Shown here piece after piece: positions 28,713 to 38,439 of a DNA stretch of 64,000 nt. How positions within the stretch are numbered: position 1 is the first letter of the stretch; each line of letters begins with the position of its first letter. The stretch lies in assembly GCA_963793425.1 (NCBI GenBank), contig CAWCAG010000009.1, positions 480,001-544,000 on the forward strand, written 5' to 3'. Source of the DNA: an uncultured cyanobacterium. GTDB lineage: Bacteria; Cyanobacteriota; Cyanobacteriia; Cyanobacteriales; CAWCAG01. The notes beneath the pieces were generated by a model. It was not told the origin of the DNA, ran no database searches, and saw nothing but the letters and a program-made list of their open reading frames with translations. Position numbers and translations under genes: made by a program.

Positions 28713-29711
28713 GTGTCGCAAAGTAAACCCACCATTCTTGTAACTGGCGGTGCTGGATACATTGGTTCTCATGCCGTACTAGCATTGCTGAATAATGGCT
28801 ACAGAGTTGTTGTACTAGATAACCTATCCTATGGACATCGAGAACTAGTAGAAGAAGTTTTGCAAGTCGAATTAATAGTTGGAGATACAAGCGATCGCCT
28901 GCTTTTAGACCAGCTATTTGCTGATTATGAAATTACGGCAGTTATGCACTTTGCCGCTTATATAGCTGTAGGAGAATCTGTTCAAGATCCAGGCAAATAC
29001 TACCGTAATAATGTTAGTGGCACTTTAACTCTTCTTGAGGCAATGGTAGCAGCCCAAATAAAGAAGTTTGTTTTTTCTTCTACTTGCGCCATCTATGGAA
29101 TGCCTAAAAGCATACCCATGACAGAAGCCCATCCTCAAAATCCTCTCAGCCCCTATGCTACTAGTAAATGGATGATTGAGAGAATTTTGGCAGATTTTGC
29201 TCAAGCTTATGGCTTAAAATCTGTGGCTTTTCGCTATTTTAATGCTTCTGGCGCTCATCCTGATGGTTTGCTGGGTGAGGATCATCATCCTGAAACTCAC
29301 TTAATTCCCTTAGCCTTATTAACAGCTTTGGGTAAAAGAGAATCTCTAGCTATTTTTGGTACAGATTATGACACCAAAGATGGTACAGCCATGCGAGATT
29401 ATATCCACGTCTGTGACTTAGCTGAGGCCCATGTTTTAGGACTCAATTATCTCCTCCAAGGGGGTGAGAGTGAAGTTTTCAATCTTGGTAATGGCAATGG
29501 CTTTTCTGTTAAAGAAGTTATTGAAACCGCAAGACAAGTTACGGGAAAAGAAATTATCGCTCACCATAGCGATCGCCGCCCAGGAGATGCCCCAATTTTA
29601 ATTGGCAGCAGCGAGAAAATCCAAAAAGTCCTTGGTTGGCAGCCCCAATATCCAGATTTGCCCACCATTGTCGCCCATGCCTGGAAATGGCATCAAAAAC
29701 GTCATGGTTAG
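28713..29711 (+). CDS. galE: UDP-glucose 4-epimerase
   Basis: GGAGYIGSH, HFAA, FSSTCA, YATSK, RYFNA, RDYIHV.DLA.AH. Confidence 0.95.
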   Translation: MSQSKPTILVTGGAGYIGSHAVLALLNNGYRVVVLDNLSYGHRELVEEVLQVELIVGDTSDRLLLDQLFADYEITAVMHFAAYIAVGESVQDPGKYYRNNVSGTLTLLEAMVAAQIKKFVFSSTCAIYGMPKSIPMTEAHPQNPLSPYATSKWMIERILADFAQAYGLKSVAFRYFNASGAHPDGLLGEDHHPETHLIPLALLTALGKRESLAIFGTDYDTKDGTAMRDYIHVCDLAEAHVLGLNYLLQGGESEVFNLGNGNGFSVKEVIETARQVTGKEIIAHHSDRRPGDAPILIGSSEKIQKVLGWQPQYPDLPTIVAHAWKWHQKRHG

Positions 29712-29763
29712 GAGTTAGTCAATGCCACTTGCTCACCAAAAACTAATAACCAACATCTGAAGA

Positions 29764-30066
29764 ATGACTAGTGACCAATTTCAGCGCTTAGAGTCAGTGA
29801 TAGAACAAATAGGAGAAACGGTACTAGCAACTACCCAAACCGTGGAAAATCTGGCTAAGAGGGTAGATGCCCTAGCTGTACAGGTACAACATCAAGGACA
29901 TCAAGTTCAACAGCAAGGCTACCAAATTTTTGCTTTAAGCGATGCCGTACAAGCCCTAGCTGAAACCCACAATAAATCTGAAGTACAACTTAACCAATTA
30001 ACCGAAACCTTACAGCGCTTTACCCAGGCCATTGAAATGGCTAATGAGCAACAAAAAGTGCGATAA
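29764..30066 (+). CDS. Coiled-coil hypothetical protein
   Basis: Gln-rich heptad pattern, co-oriented in the cluster. Confidence 0.7.
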   Translation: MTSDQFQRLESVIEQIGETVLATTQTVENLAKRVDALAVQVQHQGHQVQQQGYQIFALSDAVQALAETHNKSEVQLNQLTETLQRFTQAIEMANEQQKVR

Positions 30067-30100
30067 ATCTAATATATAAACATCCTTGAGAGAAGATTTA

Positions 30101-30541
30101 ATGCCTCATTTTCGCTCCTTTTCTAAGCTAGTCTTGCTTAGTACTCTCCTTGCCTTTGTTAGTGTTAGTTGTGCCAGTAACAAAGTACAACAGTGTCGGA
30201 AAATTATTGAGATTACCGTAGGGGTATCAGACCAAATTGAAGAACTTTCCGATAATGGTAAAACCCAAGACCCCCAAGAAGCCCGTGAAGCAGCTAATGC
30301 GATGGAGAAAGCGGCTCAAGAAATCGAAGGCTTAGTAATTCAAGACGAACAGCTTCAAGAATATCAAGCTGGCTTTGTCAAAACTTATCGCGGTTTTAGC
30401 CAGTCTACTTACGATTTTATTGCTGAGTTAGAAAAGAAGAATTTACAAGCAGCAAAATCAGTACAGAAAAAATTGCAAGAGGTTGGTAGCACTGAAGAGG
30501 AACTTGTCAACGGTATTAACAACTATTGCCAGTCAGAATAA
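30101..30541 (+). CDS. Hypothetical lipoprotein
   Basis: ATG at 30101 gives a signal peptide with lipobox SVSC; helical body ending INNYC. Confidence 0.7.
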   Translation: MPHFRSFSKLVLLSTLLAFVSVSCASNKVQQCRKIIEITVGVSDQIEELSDNGKTQDPQEAREAANAMEKAAQEIEGLVIQDEQLQEYQAGFVKTYRGFSQSTYDFIAELEKKNLQAAKSVQKKLQEVGSTEEELVNGINNYCQSE

Positions 30542-30595
30542 GAAGCTCTCTTTTCCCTACTTCCTACTTCCTGCTCCCCGCTCCCCATATACTCT

Positions 30596-31723
30596 ATGAA
30601 ATATGCTTTAATTCACGAGTGGTTAACCCCAAAAGCAACTGGTGGTTCAGAGCTTGTGGTGCAAGAAATTCTCCAACATATTGAAGCTGACCTTTATGCC
30701 CTCATTGACTTTGAATCGGTTAATCCCCAAAGCTATTTATACAGAAGGGAAATTGGTACAACTTTCTTGCAAAACTTACCTTTGGCCCGTAACGGAATAC
30801 AAAAATACTTACCCTTACTACCTTTGGCAATTGAACAGTTAGATGTACGAAATTATGATGTCATTCTTTCCTCTTCCCATGCCGTAGCTAAAGGAGTGCT
30901 GACAACTCCTCAACAGCTACATATCTGTTATTGCCACACTCCCATGCGCTACGCCTGGGATTTGACCTTCGATTACCTAAAAAATAGCCGTTTAGGGGGA
31001 GGTTTACCAGGTATTTTTAGTCGTTATCTGCTTCATCAGATACGCCAATGGGACGTTATTTCAGCTAACAGAGTAGACTATTTTATTGCTAACTCTCAAC
31101 ATACAGCGAACCGTATTTGGCGCTGCTATCGGCGCAAAGCAGAAGTTATTTACCCACCAGTACAAACTAAGAGATTTCCTTTTCAGACTCAAAAGGAAGA
31201 TTTTTTTGTGACTGTTTCTCGCTTAGTTAGTTATAAACAAGTATCTTTAATTGTTGAAGCTTTTAATCAATTAGGATTACCCCTAGTGGTTATTGGTGAC
31301 GGACCAGAGTTAGAGAAAATTACTAAACTAGCAAAACCTAACATTAAAATTATGGGTTCTCAGCCAAATGAAGTAGTAGAGGAATACCTAGCCAAGGCAA
31401 AAGCCTTTGTTTACGCTGCTTGCGAAGACTTTGGTATCGCCTTAGTAGAAGCACAAGCTTGCGGTACACCAGTGATTGCTTATGGCGTTGGTGGCGCAGC
31501 AGAGACAGTTCGTGATATCAGGACTGATCCTCAACAAGGGACAGGTATATTATTCTCTGAACAAACCTCAGAAGCCCTCATAAAAGCTGTGGGAACTTTT
31601 CAAGAACTTCAGGGAACATTTAACCCAGAAGCCTGTAGAATTCAGGCTAACAAGTTTGAACCACAAGTTTTTGTCAAGAGCTATTTGAGCTTTATCGAAA
31701 GCTGCGTTCATAAATTAAAATAG
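30596..31723 (+). CDS. Family 4 glycosyltransferase (WbaZ/RfbZ-like mannosyltransferase)
   Basis: ALIHEWL...GGSE, SSSHAVAKG, YCHTPMRYAWD, EDFGIA.VEAQACG. Confidence 0.92.
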   Translation: MKYALIHEWLTPKATGGSELVVQEILQHIEADLYALIDFESVNPQSYLYRREIGTTFLQNLPLARNGIQKYLPLLPLAIEQLDVRNYDVILSSSHAVAKGVLTTPQQLHICYCHTPMRYAWDLTFDYLKNSRLGGGLPGIFSRYLLHQIRQWDVISANRVDYFIANSQHTANRIWRCYRRKAEVIYPPVQTKRFPFQTQKEDFFVTVSRLVSYKQVSLIVEAFNQLGLPLVVIGDGPELEKITKLAKPNIKIMGSQPNEVVEEYLAKAKAFVYAACEDFGIALVEAQACGTPVIAYGVGGAAETVRDIRTDPQQGTGILFSEQTSEALIKAVGTFQELQGTFNPEACRIQANKFEPQVFVKSYLSFIESCVHKLK

Positions 31724-31800
31724 GTAACTTGGTTCTAAATACTGATCTCTTGTAACTAGATTTGCCTTAATTAAGGTCTTCTGGCTTTATGATCAAGGCT

Positions 31801-31822
31801 GTGTGGTGTGATGTGAAGGAGT
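31801..31822 (+). promoter_or_regulatory. Putative Yfr1 sRNA target site overlapping the RBS
   Basis: GTGTGGTGTGATGTGAAGGAGT, 3 nt before the ATG; complementary to the Yfr1 loop ACUCCUCACACCACAC. Confidence 0.6.
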
Positions 31823-31825
31823 AAG

Positions 31826-32557
31826 ATGACTGCTGAAAGCCAACTTGTCTCCGTCAAGCTTATGGAAGCCCTCATTAAACGAGGCTTTCAATCCTTAAAT
31901 GCTAAAGGCAAACGAAAAAGTTTACCTTGGCTAGTGCTAGACGGAAATTTAACCAAAAGGCTGTTTGACGTTCTATTTTCTTTATCTGTTCTGGTTTTGT
32001 TTTCACCTTTTTATTTGCTGCTGACTTGCTTAATTGCCATCAGCTCCCCTGGGCCTATTTTTTATATCCAGCAAAGAATCGGGAAAAACCATCGGCCCTT
32101 TGGCTGTATAAAATTTAGAACTATGGTCAACAATGCCGATGAAGCTTTGCTAGATATATTGACTAACTCGCCAGATTTACAGGAGGAATTTGAAAAGAGT
32201 TTCAAACTTAAACACGACCCTCGTATTACCAAGATTGGTAAATTTCTCCGCTTAACTAGTTTGGATGAATTTCCTCAATTTTGGAATGTCTTGATGGGGG
32301 ATATGAGTGTTGTCGGGCCTCGACCATTGGTTCCGGGAGAACTACATAAATACGGTCGTCAAATTGATAAAGTGCTAACTATCCGACCAGGGATTACTGG
32401 TTTGTGGCAAGTCTCTGGACGTAATGATATCCCTTATCATAGGCGCATTCAAATCGACGTTTACTACGTGAATTGTCGAAATTGGTTGCTGGATATGTGG
32501 ATTGTGGTTAAGACTATAGGGGTTATTCTTTTCCCCGGTAACAAAGGTGCTTACTGA
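31826..32557 (+). CDS. Undecaprenyl-phosphate sugar phosphotransferase (RfbP/WbaP-like)
   Basis: KRLFD, KFRTM, DPRIT.IG.FLR.TSLDE.PQ, MSVVGPRP, PGITGLWQVSGR. Confidence 0.93.
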   Translation: MTAESQLVSVKLMEALIKRGFQSLNAKGKRKSLPWLVLDGNLTKRLFDVLFSLSVLVLFSPFYLLLTCLIAISSPGPIFYIQQRIGKNHRPFGCIKFRTMVNNADEALLDILTNSPDLQEEFEKSFKLKHDPRITKIGKFLRLTSLDEFPQFWNVLMGDMSVVGPRPLVPGELHKYGRQIDKVLTIRPGITGLWQVSGRNDIPYHRRIQIDVYYVNCRNWLLDMWIVVKTIGVILFPGNKGAY

Positions 32558-32823
32558 AACCCAATTTCCTAACTAAGGACAGGGGAGGAAGAGTCATTTT
32601 CCTGGATGAGAGTATATTTGGGGCGCTACATCTTAAAACTATTAGCTAAGTTATTTTTGAGTGGCAGGAAATCTCCCCTATCCTTTACCTACATCTGGAT
32701 TAGAGAAATATCAGCTTAACATAGGGTGGACAGTAACAATCCTAGTTGAGTTAACTTGGTTGTAGATTAGTCGCCCACAAATTTTTAGCGGCTATAAAAC
32801 CTATTTCTTTATCTGGTGAAGAT

Positions 32824-33909
32824 TTGAGTATGACCCAACCCAAGCGAGCGTTAATAACTGGTATCACTGGTCAAGATGGTTCTTATCTGAGTGAGTTGTT
32901 ACTCTCTAAAGGCTATGAGGTTCACGGTATTATTCGCCGTAGTTCTACATTTAATACCGATAGGATCGACCATATTTATGTAGATCCTCATAACGAGAAA
33001 GCAAAATTCTTTCTCCATTATGGCGACTTAACCGACGGTACAACTTTACGTCGTATTATTGAGCAAATCAAGCCAGTGGAAATTTACAACTTGGGCGCTC
33101 AATCCCACGTCCGAGTCAGTTTTGATTCCCCAGAATATACAGTAGATGCTGTAGGTATGGGAACATTAAGGATCTTAGAAGCGATTCGAGATTACCAGCA
33201 ACGTACAGGTATTGAAGTGCGGTTTTACCAGGCTGGCTCTTCTGAAATGTTTGGTAAGGTGCAAGATGTTCCTCAAAAAGAGACTACCCCTTTTTATCCC
33301 CGTAGTCCCTATGCTTGTGCGAAAGTCTATGCCCACTGGCAAACTATTAATTATCGCGAGTCCTATGACTTGTTTGCCTGTAATGGCATACTTTTCAACC
33401 ACGAATCTCCCCGTCGTGGAGAAACTTTTGTTACCCGTAAAATAACCCGTGCGATCGCCAGAATTGTCCAAGGTACTCAGAAGAAGCTTTATTTAGGTAA
33501 TCTCGATTCTAAAAGGGATTGGGGTTATGCCAAGGATTATGTAGAAGCGATGTGGTTGATGCTTCAACAAGATAAACCCGATGATTATGTAGTTGCCACA
33601 GGGGAAACCCACTCGATTAAAGAATTTCTCACCACTTCTTTTAGTTGTGTCAACTTAGACTGGCACGATTACGTCGAGTTTGATGAACGCTATCTTCGCC
33701 CGACAGAAGTAGATTTACTGATTGGTGATCCAGCTAAGGCCAAAGAAAAATTAGGCTGGGAACCCTCTGTAAGCTTTGAGGAGCTTGTTGCGTTAATGGT
33801 AGCAGCAGATTTAAAGGCTTTGGATTTAGACCTACCTGAAACAGAAAGAATGCAAATGGTAAAAGATCATGCTTATATACGTCAGGCCGTAGGGACTGCC
33901 GTTGATTAA
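32824..33909 (+). CDS. gmd: GDP-mannose 4,6-dehydratase
   Basis: [37 protein letters not shown]. Confidence 0.97.
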   Translation: MSMTQPKRALITGITGQDGSYLSELLLSKGYEVHGIIRRSSTFNTDRIDHIYVDPHNEKAKFFLHYGDLTDGTTLRRIIEQIKPVEIYNLGAQSHVRVSFDSPEYTVDAVGMGTLRILEAIRDYQQRTGIEVRFYQAGSSEMFGKVQDVPQKETTPFYPRSPYACAKVYAHWQTINYRESYDLFACNGILFNHESPRRGETFVTRKITRAIARIVQGTQKKLYLGNLDSKRDWGYAKDYVEAMWLMLQQDKPDDYVVATGETHSIKEFLTTSFSCVNLDWHDYVEFDERYLRPTEVDLLIGDPAKAKEKLGWEPSVSFEELVALMVAADLKALDLDLPETERMQMVKDHAYIRQAVGTAVD

Positions 33910-34018
33910 CAGCTAATTCAACCAGATATGATTCCTCTAGGGTGCTGAAGGGTTAAATCAAATTGGCTACGCACCCTCCCCAGTTCATTATCGCCCCCCC
34001 AGGGAACAGAAAGTAAAA

Positions 34019-34957
34019 ATGCTCAATCTAAGTAATCAAAGAATTCTTGTAACTGGCGGGGCTGGTTTCCTCGGCCGCCAAGTAGTACACCAACTTTGTC
34101 AAGCAGGAGCTAAAGCTGAGAAAATAAGCGTACCACGCTCCCAAGACTGTGATTTACGCTCCTTAAAACAATGCCAAAAAGCAGTAGCTCAACAAGATAT
34201 TGTCATTCATCTTGCTGCCCATGTGGGGGGAATTGGTTTAAATCGGGAAAAGCCGGCGGAGCTTTTTTACGATAATTTGATGATGGGAGCGCAACTGATC
34301 CACTGTGCCTATGAAGCTGGGGTAGAAAAGTTTGTTTGTTTGGGTACTATTTGTGCTTACCCCAAATTTACTCCTGTACCCTTCACTGAAGACGATCTTT
34401 GGGCGGGTTATCCTGAAGAAACCAATGCTCCCTATGGTATTGCGAAAAAGGCTCTTTTGGTGCAACTCCAAGCTTATCGTCAACAATATGGCTTTGATGG
34501 TATTTATCTTTTGCCAGTTAATCTTTATGGACCAGAAGATAATTTCGATCCTAGCAGTTCCCATGTTATTCCAGCTTTGATTCGTAAAGTTTATGAAGCC
34601 AAACAAAAGGGGGATCATCAGTTAGCTGTTTGGGGAGATGGTAGCCCTACTCGTGAATTTCTCTATGCTACTGATGCAGCTAAGGGTATAGTTATGGCAA
34701 CCCAAAAATATAACGGTGCTGAACCTGTTAATTTGGGAACTAATCACGAGATTTCTATTAAGGAATTAGTAGAATTGATTTGTGAGTTAATGGATTTCAC
34801 AGGAGAAATTATTTGGCAAACAGATCAACCCAATGGGCAACCACGTCGTTGTTTAGATACTCAAAGGGCGAAGCAAGAGTTTGGTTTTCAGTCCCAAACA
34901 GATTTTCGCCAAGGGTTGAAGCAAACCATTGAGTGGTATCGAGACAATCCTCAATGA
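34019..34957 (+). CDS. fcl: GDP-L-fucose synthase
   Basis: HLAA.VGGI..N, ICAYP, YGIAKK, NLYGP.DNF, SHVIPAL, WGDG.PTREF. Confidence 0.93.
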   Translation: MLNLSNQRILVTGGAGFLGRQVVHQLCQAGAKAEKISVPRSQDCDLRSLKQCQKAVAQQDIVIHLAAHVGGIGLNREKPAELFYDNLMMGAQLIHCAYEAGVEKFVCLGTICAYPKFTPVPFTEDDLWAGYPEETNAPYGIAKKALLVQLQAYRQQYGFDGIYLLPVNLYGPEDNFDPSSSHVIPALIRKVYEAKQKGDHQLAVWGDGSPTREFLYATDAAKGIVMATQKYNGAEPVNLGTNHEISIKELVELICELMDFTGEIIWQTDQPNGQPRRCLDTQRAKQEFGFQSQTDFRQGLKQTIEWYRDNPQ

Positions 34958-35042
34958 GAAGTTGGCGAAGAGACACAGAGATGCCTATTACCTACCCCAT
35001 TGCCAAGGATAAATGTAGCCAGGGCGCAAGGCTTACGCCAAT

Positions 35043-35068
35043 AATGATAAATGATAAATGATAAATGA
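35043..35068. repeat. 7-bp STRR (AATGATA)n
   Basis: About 3.5 tandem copies running into the CRR6 start. Confidence 0.8.
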
Positions 35069-35553
35069 CATCAAGTATGGCGATTCCAATTAACATTGAT
35101 TCTGAAGCAATTAATAATCTCGATTTATCTCCAGCACAGAAGCAGATTGAAAAATTATTAGAATCTCAAGATATTCTTGCTCAAGAACAACAATTAACCT
35201 TTACAATTGATTATCCTCGCCCAGAAACAGATCCTAGAGAACTTTCAGAAATTCCTGAAATACGTTTGTGGTTTTTACGCTTAGATTCCCAATATCCTTG
35301 GCTACCCTTGTTTCTTGATTGGAAATCAGGAGAACTAACTCGCTATTTAGCCATGCAAGTCCCTCATCAATTTAGCCGGGCTGAAGGAATTCAATTTAAT
35401 CCTGAAGCTTTGGAAATTTTCGTCATGAAAAAGATTTTTGTGATTACCAACTGGCTAAAAAACAAGGGTTTACCAAGTAAATCTCGTCTTCAAGCAATGG
35501 CTCAAACAATTGGTTACGAACTTGATGATAATTTCTTCAGTTTAATCAGCTAA
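35065..35553 (+). CDS. CRR6 family NDH-1 (NdhI) maturation factor (DUF1817)
   Basis: DPRELSEIPEIRLWF.RLD..YPWLP..LDW..GEL.RY.AM.VPHQF. Confidence 0.88.
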   Translation: MTSSMAIPINIDSEAINNLDLSPAQKQIEKLLESQDILAQEQQLTFTIDYPRPETDPRELSEIPEIRLWFLRLDSQYPWLPLFLDWKSGELTRYLAMQVPHQFSRAEGIQFNPEALEIFVMKKIFVITNWLKNKGLPSKSRLQAMAQTIGYELDDNFFSLIS

Positions 35554-36348
35554 AATTAATTGTAAAACCCGTTCCATATCCTCAAACTTTCCCACAATAC
35601 GTCGTACCGGTTGAGGCAAAACCCTAATTAAAGTAGGAGTAGCAGCAACTTGATTAGCTTCAGTTTGTTCTGGGTGTTTGAAAATATCAATCACTTTGAG
35701 AGTATAAGGGGAATGCAAGCCTTTTTCTAAAAGTTTATGTAAGTTTTTTAAAGTATTTTCTGTAGCAGTATTATGGCCAGCAATAAAAAGTCGTAGTACG
35801 TAACTATTACTTGTTACTAACTTCTTTTTAGAATGGACGCTAATTTCTTGAGGAACAGAGTAACGAACATCAGATAAACTACGCTGATCTTCAAAGCGAA
35901 AGATTAAATCATGTTCTTCCCAAAGTTGAGGAAATCTTTCTTGATAGGTTTCTAAAATAATGGGGTTGCAAGATTCTTCTTGCCAAGGAATGACTTGCCA
36001 TTGCCCAGAAGTAGTACCAAAAATTGCACTCAATAGTGCTTTATGTTTTTGTACTGGGGGATGTAATTCTGCTGTGGTTATTACTTCTTGAGTGTAGGGA
36101 TATTGCCAATAGTCAATGGTTGCTGTATACCCAGGTACTAGAAAGTGCGGTGGTTCTGGTAAACTGAAAATTTCTTGTAAACCAGCACATAAATGTAAAT
36201 GCCAGTGAGCTTGTTTATTGGGGTCGATGCTATATATCAAGTCTCCGCCGGGAGTAAATAAGGCAATTCCTTTAAAAAGCTTTGGTAGTTGATAACTGAT
36301 AATTAATAATTGATAATTTTTTACCTTATGCCTCAACAGCTTGGACAA
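35542..36348 (-). CDS. KaiB-domain protein with long N-terminal extension
   Basis: C-terminal YVLRLFIAG...YTLKVIDI.KHPEQ.E..QV.ATPTLIR..P.PVRRIVG; N-terminal FKGIALFTPGGDL; start codon uncertain. Confidence 0.85.
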   Translation of the reverse strand: MSKLLRHKVKNYQLLIISYQLPKLFKGIALFTPGGDLIYSIDPNKQAHWHLHLCAGLQEIFSLPEPPHFLVPGYTATIDYWQYPYTQEVITTAELHPPVQKHKALLSAIFGTTSGQWQVIPWQEESCNPIILETYQERFPQLWEEHDLIFRFEDQRSLSDVRYSVPQEISVHSKKKLVTSNSYVLRLFIAGHNTATENTLKNLHKLLEKGLHSPYTLKVIDIFKHPEQTEANQVAATPTLIRVLPQPVRRIVGKFEDMERVLQLILAD

Positions 36349-36381
36349 CTCTTTCTAGAGTTGCCCAATAATCCTAATAAC

Positions 36382-37656
36382 TTAAACCCGACCTCGGAGC
36401 ATTTGAGCCATTTCGTTTTGAGATGGAGACAATTCTAGGGCAGTTTCTTCAGTTATTCTTCCTTCTTGATAAAGGTTGAACAGAGCCTGATTCATGGTAA
36501 TCATGCCATCAAATTCTCCATCTTGCATAAGCTGAAGCATCTCTTCTGGCTTATCATCCCGAATATATTCCCGCATGGTAACGGTATTAATCAAGATATC
36601 GTGGAAAGCGGCGCGCTTGCCATCGGTGGTACGACACAAACCTTGAGAAATTACTGCTACCATAGATTCAGCTAAGGCTACTCGCATAGCAGGCTGTTCT
36701 TCAGCGCTATAAAGGGTAAGAATACGCTCAATAGTTTTAATCGCGCTGTTGGTATGCAAAGTTCCCATCACCAAGTGACCAGTTTGAGCGGCTTTTAAAG
36801 CGGTATTAACGGTAAATTTATCCCGCATTTCCCCCACCAGAATTAAGTCAGGGTCTTCCCGCAAAGAAGCTTTAAGGGCATTATCAAATTCTAGGGTGTG
36901 CATCCCCACTTCCCTTTGCTTAATCAAAGATTTACGACTTTGATGGACAAATTCAATAGGGTCTTCAATGGTGATAATATGCTTGGCCATATTTTTATTG
37001 ATGTAATCCACCATCGCTGCCATAGTAGTAGATTTACCTGAACCCGTTGGCCCTGTTACCAAGACTAATCCTTTATGGGCAGAAGAAACCTCTTTGAAAA
37101 CTTCTGGCAGATTTAACTGCTCTAGGGTAAGAATTTTCAGGGGAATCAAACGCATAACCATTGAAGGCCCTGTAAGAGTTTCAAAGATATTGATCCGTAC
37201 CCTCGCAAAGTCGTATTGAGTTGCTCCGTCAAATTCTAGTTTTTCGAGAAATCTCTCTATTTCTGCATCTGTTAGCACCTCACCAATCCAACTCATAAAG
37301 GTATCCCTGTCTGTTTCAGGATACTCAGTAATCATCATATCTCCCCTATCCCTAAAGCGAGGACGTTGCCCTACGCCAACGTGGATGTCGGAGTAACCTT
37401 TGTCATAGGCCACATTAACAAGATCTGCCAAGCTGGGCTGTCCAGGGGCGCGTTGCGCTGTTGTTGCACTACTTTGAGCTTTGGGAGTAGGAGTAGCAGC
37501 TACTTGCTGCCTGGTAGCTGAGCTAACGACAGTCTTGGTCTCAGCAACAGAAGCAGGAGGGCTTTGAGTTCCTTGAGGAGTTCGCCTCGGAGGTGGGGCA
37601 GGAGGAATCCGAGGTGGTGGTGGAGGAGAAATAGGTGGACGCTGGGATTCTGTCAT
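36382..37656 (-). CDS. pilT: Type IV pilus retraction ATPase, PilT2 type (Pro-rich N-terminus)
   Basis: SDIH, GPTGSGKSTT, TIEDPIE, LREDPD.ILVGEMRD, TGHLV.GTLHT; N-terminal PPPPP extension. Confidence 0.95.
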   Translation of the reverse strand: MTESQRPPISPPPPPRIPPAPPPRRTPQGTQSPPASVAETKTVVSSATRQQVAATPTPKAQSSATTAQRAPGQPSLADLVNVAYDKGYSDIHVGVGQRPRFRDRGDMMITEYPETDRDTFMSWIGEVLTDAEIERFLEKLEFDGATQYDFARVRINIFETLTGPSMVMRLIPLKILTLEQLNLPEVFKEVSSAHKGLVLVTGPTGSGKSTTMAAMVDYINKNMAKHIITIEDPIEFVHQSRKSLIKQREVGMHTLEFDNALKASLREDPDLILVGEMRDKFTVNTALKAAQTGHLVMGTLHTNSAIKTIERILTLYSAEEQPAMRVALAESMVAVISQGLCRTTDGKRAAFHDILINTVTMREYIRDDKPEEMLQLMQDGEFDGMITMNQALFNLYQEGRITEETALELSPSQNEMAQMLRGRV

Positions 37657-37964
37657 AGGTAAACTGCCGCTAGTTTTGACGATAGATCAATTAAAAATCA
37701 GGAAATCCTTGTCTTTATTATTCCCTAAATTTCCTTTTGCTTAATCATTAACTTGTTTAAGCAAGAAAATACTTTTTAAATATAACTACATACTTGAGAA
37801 ATAACCTAGTACAAAGGCTTGCTACCAATGTAAATTTTTTTTTCTATTTACTCATCTTATAGAAAAGTTTATATATACTGATTTTCACTAGCATTGCTAT
37901 AAATCAAATAATTTTCGAGAAAATCTATTTACTTTTTGTTACACAAAACCTTTAGGAGGTCAAA

Positions 37965-38339
37965 ATGGAACTAACTCAAGAACATAATTTAGGAAAAACT
38001 TATTTTGCTACTTTTGTGAAGAGCTTCTTATTATGGAGCTTCACTTTAACAGTTTGTTTATTAGTAGTAGGCTTTCCTTTAATTGTCTTAATGATGACTA
38101 TAGGCGCTCTTCTCTCAATTGTTTTACAATCAGTATTGCCTGTAAGTGCAGTTTTGTTAGTGGCAGGTAGCCTAATCGGTTTTAATATTCTAGCCATCGT
38201 TTCAGGAGCAGGAGTTCTTACCTTTAAAGGAATTCACCCTCAAGAAGTTAGTTGGTTAAGCTGGTTACACGGAAAAGACGGAGCTTTAGACTCTGCAATT
38301 TATCCTTCTTGCCCTTTAACTTGCAATTTAATTGATTAG
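37965..38339 (+). CDS. Conserved cyanobacterial membrane protein ending in CPLTC
   Basis: GGAGG RBS, long hydrophobic stretch, GIHP.EV.WL.WLHG...SCPLTC. Confidence 0.8.
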   Translation: MELTQEHNLGKTYFATFVKSFLLWSFTLTVCLLVVGFPLIVLMMTIGALLSIVLQSVLPVSAVLLVAGSLIGFNILAIVSGAGVLTFKGIHPQEVSWLSWLHGKDGALDSAIYPSCPLTCNLID

Positions 38340-38380
38340 AACTGAGTTAGTTCAAAAACTTCTTTGAAGATAAGGTTTGT

Positions 38381-38405
38381 AGAACCCGGTAAGTACCGGG
38401 TTTTC
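38381..38405 (+). terminator. Rho-independent terminator
   Basis: AACCCGGT-AAGT-ACCGGGTT followed by TT. Confidence 0.7.
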
Positions 38406-38439
38406 TAATATCTGGATAGCGCTGTTAAACTGCTTTGAG

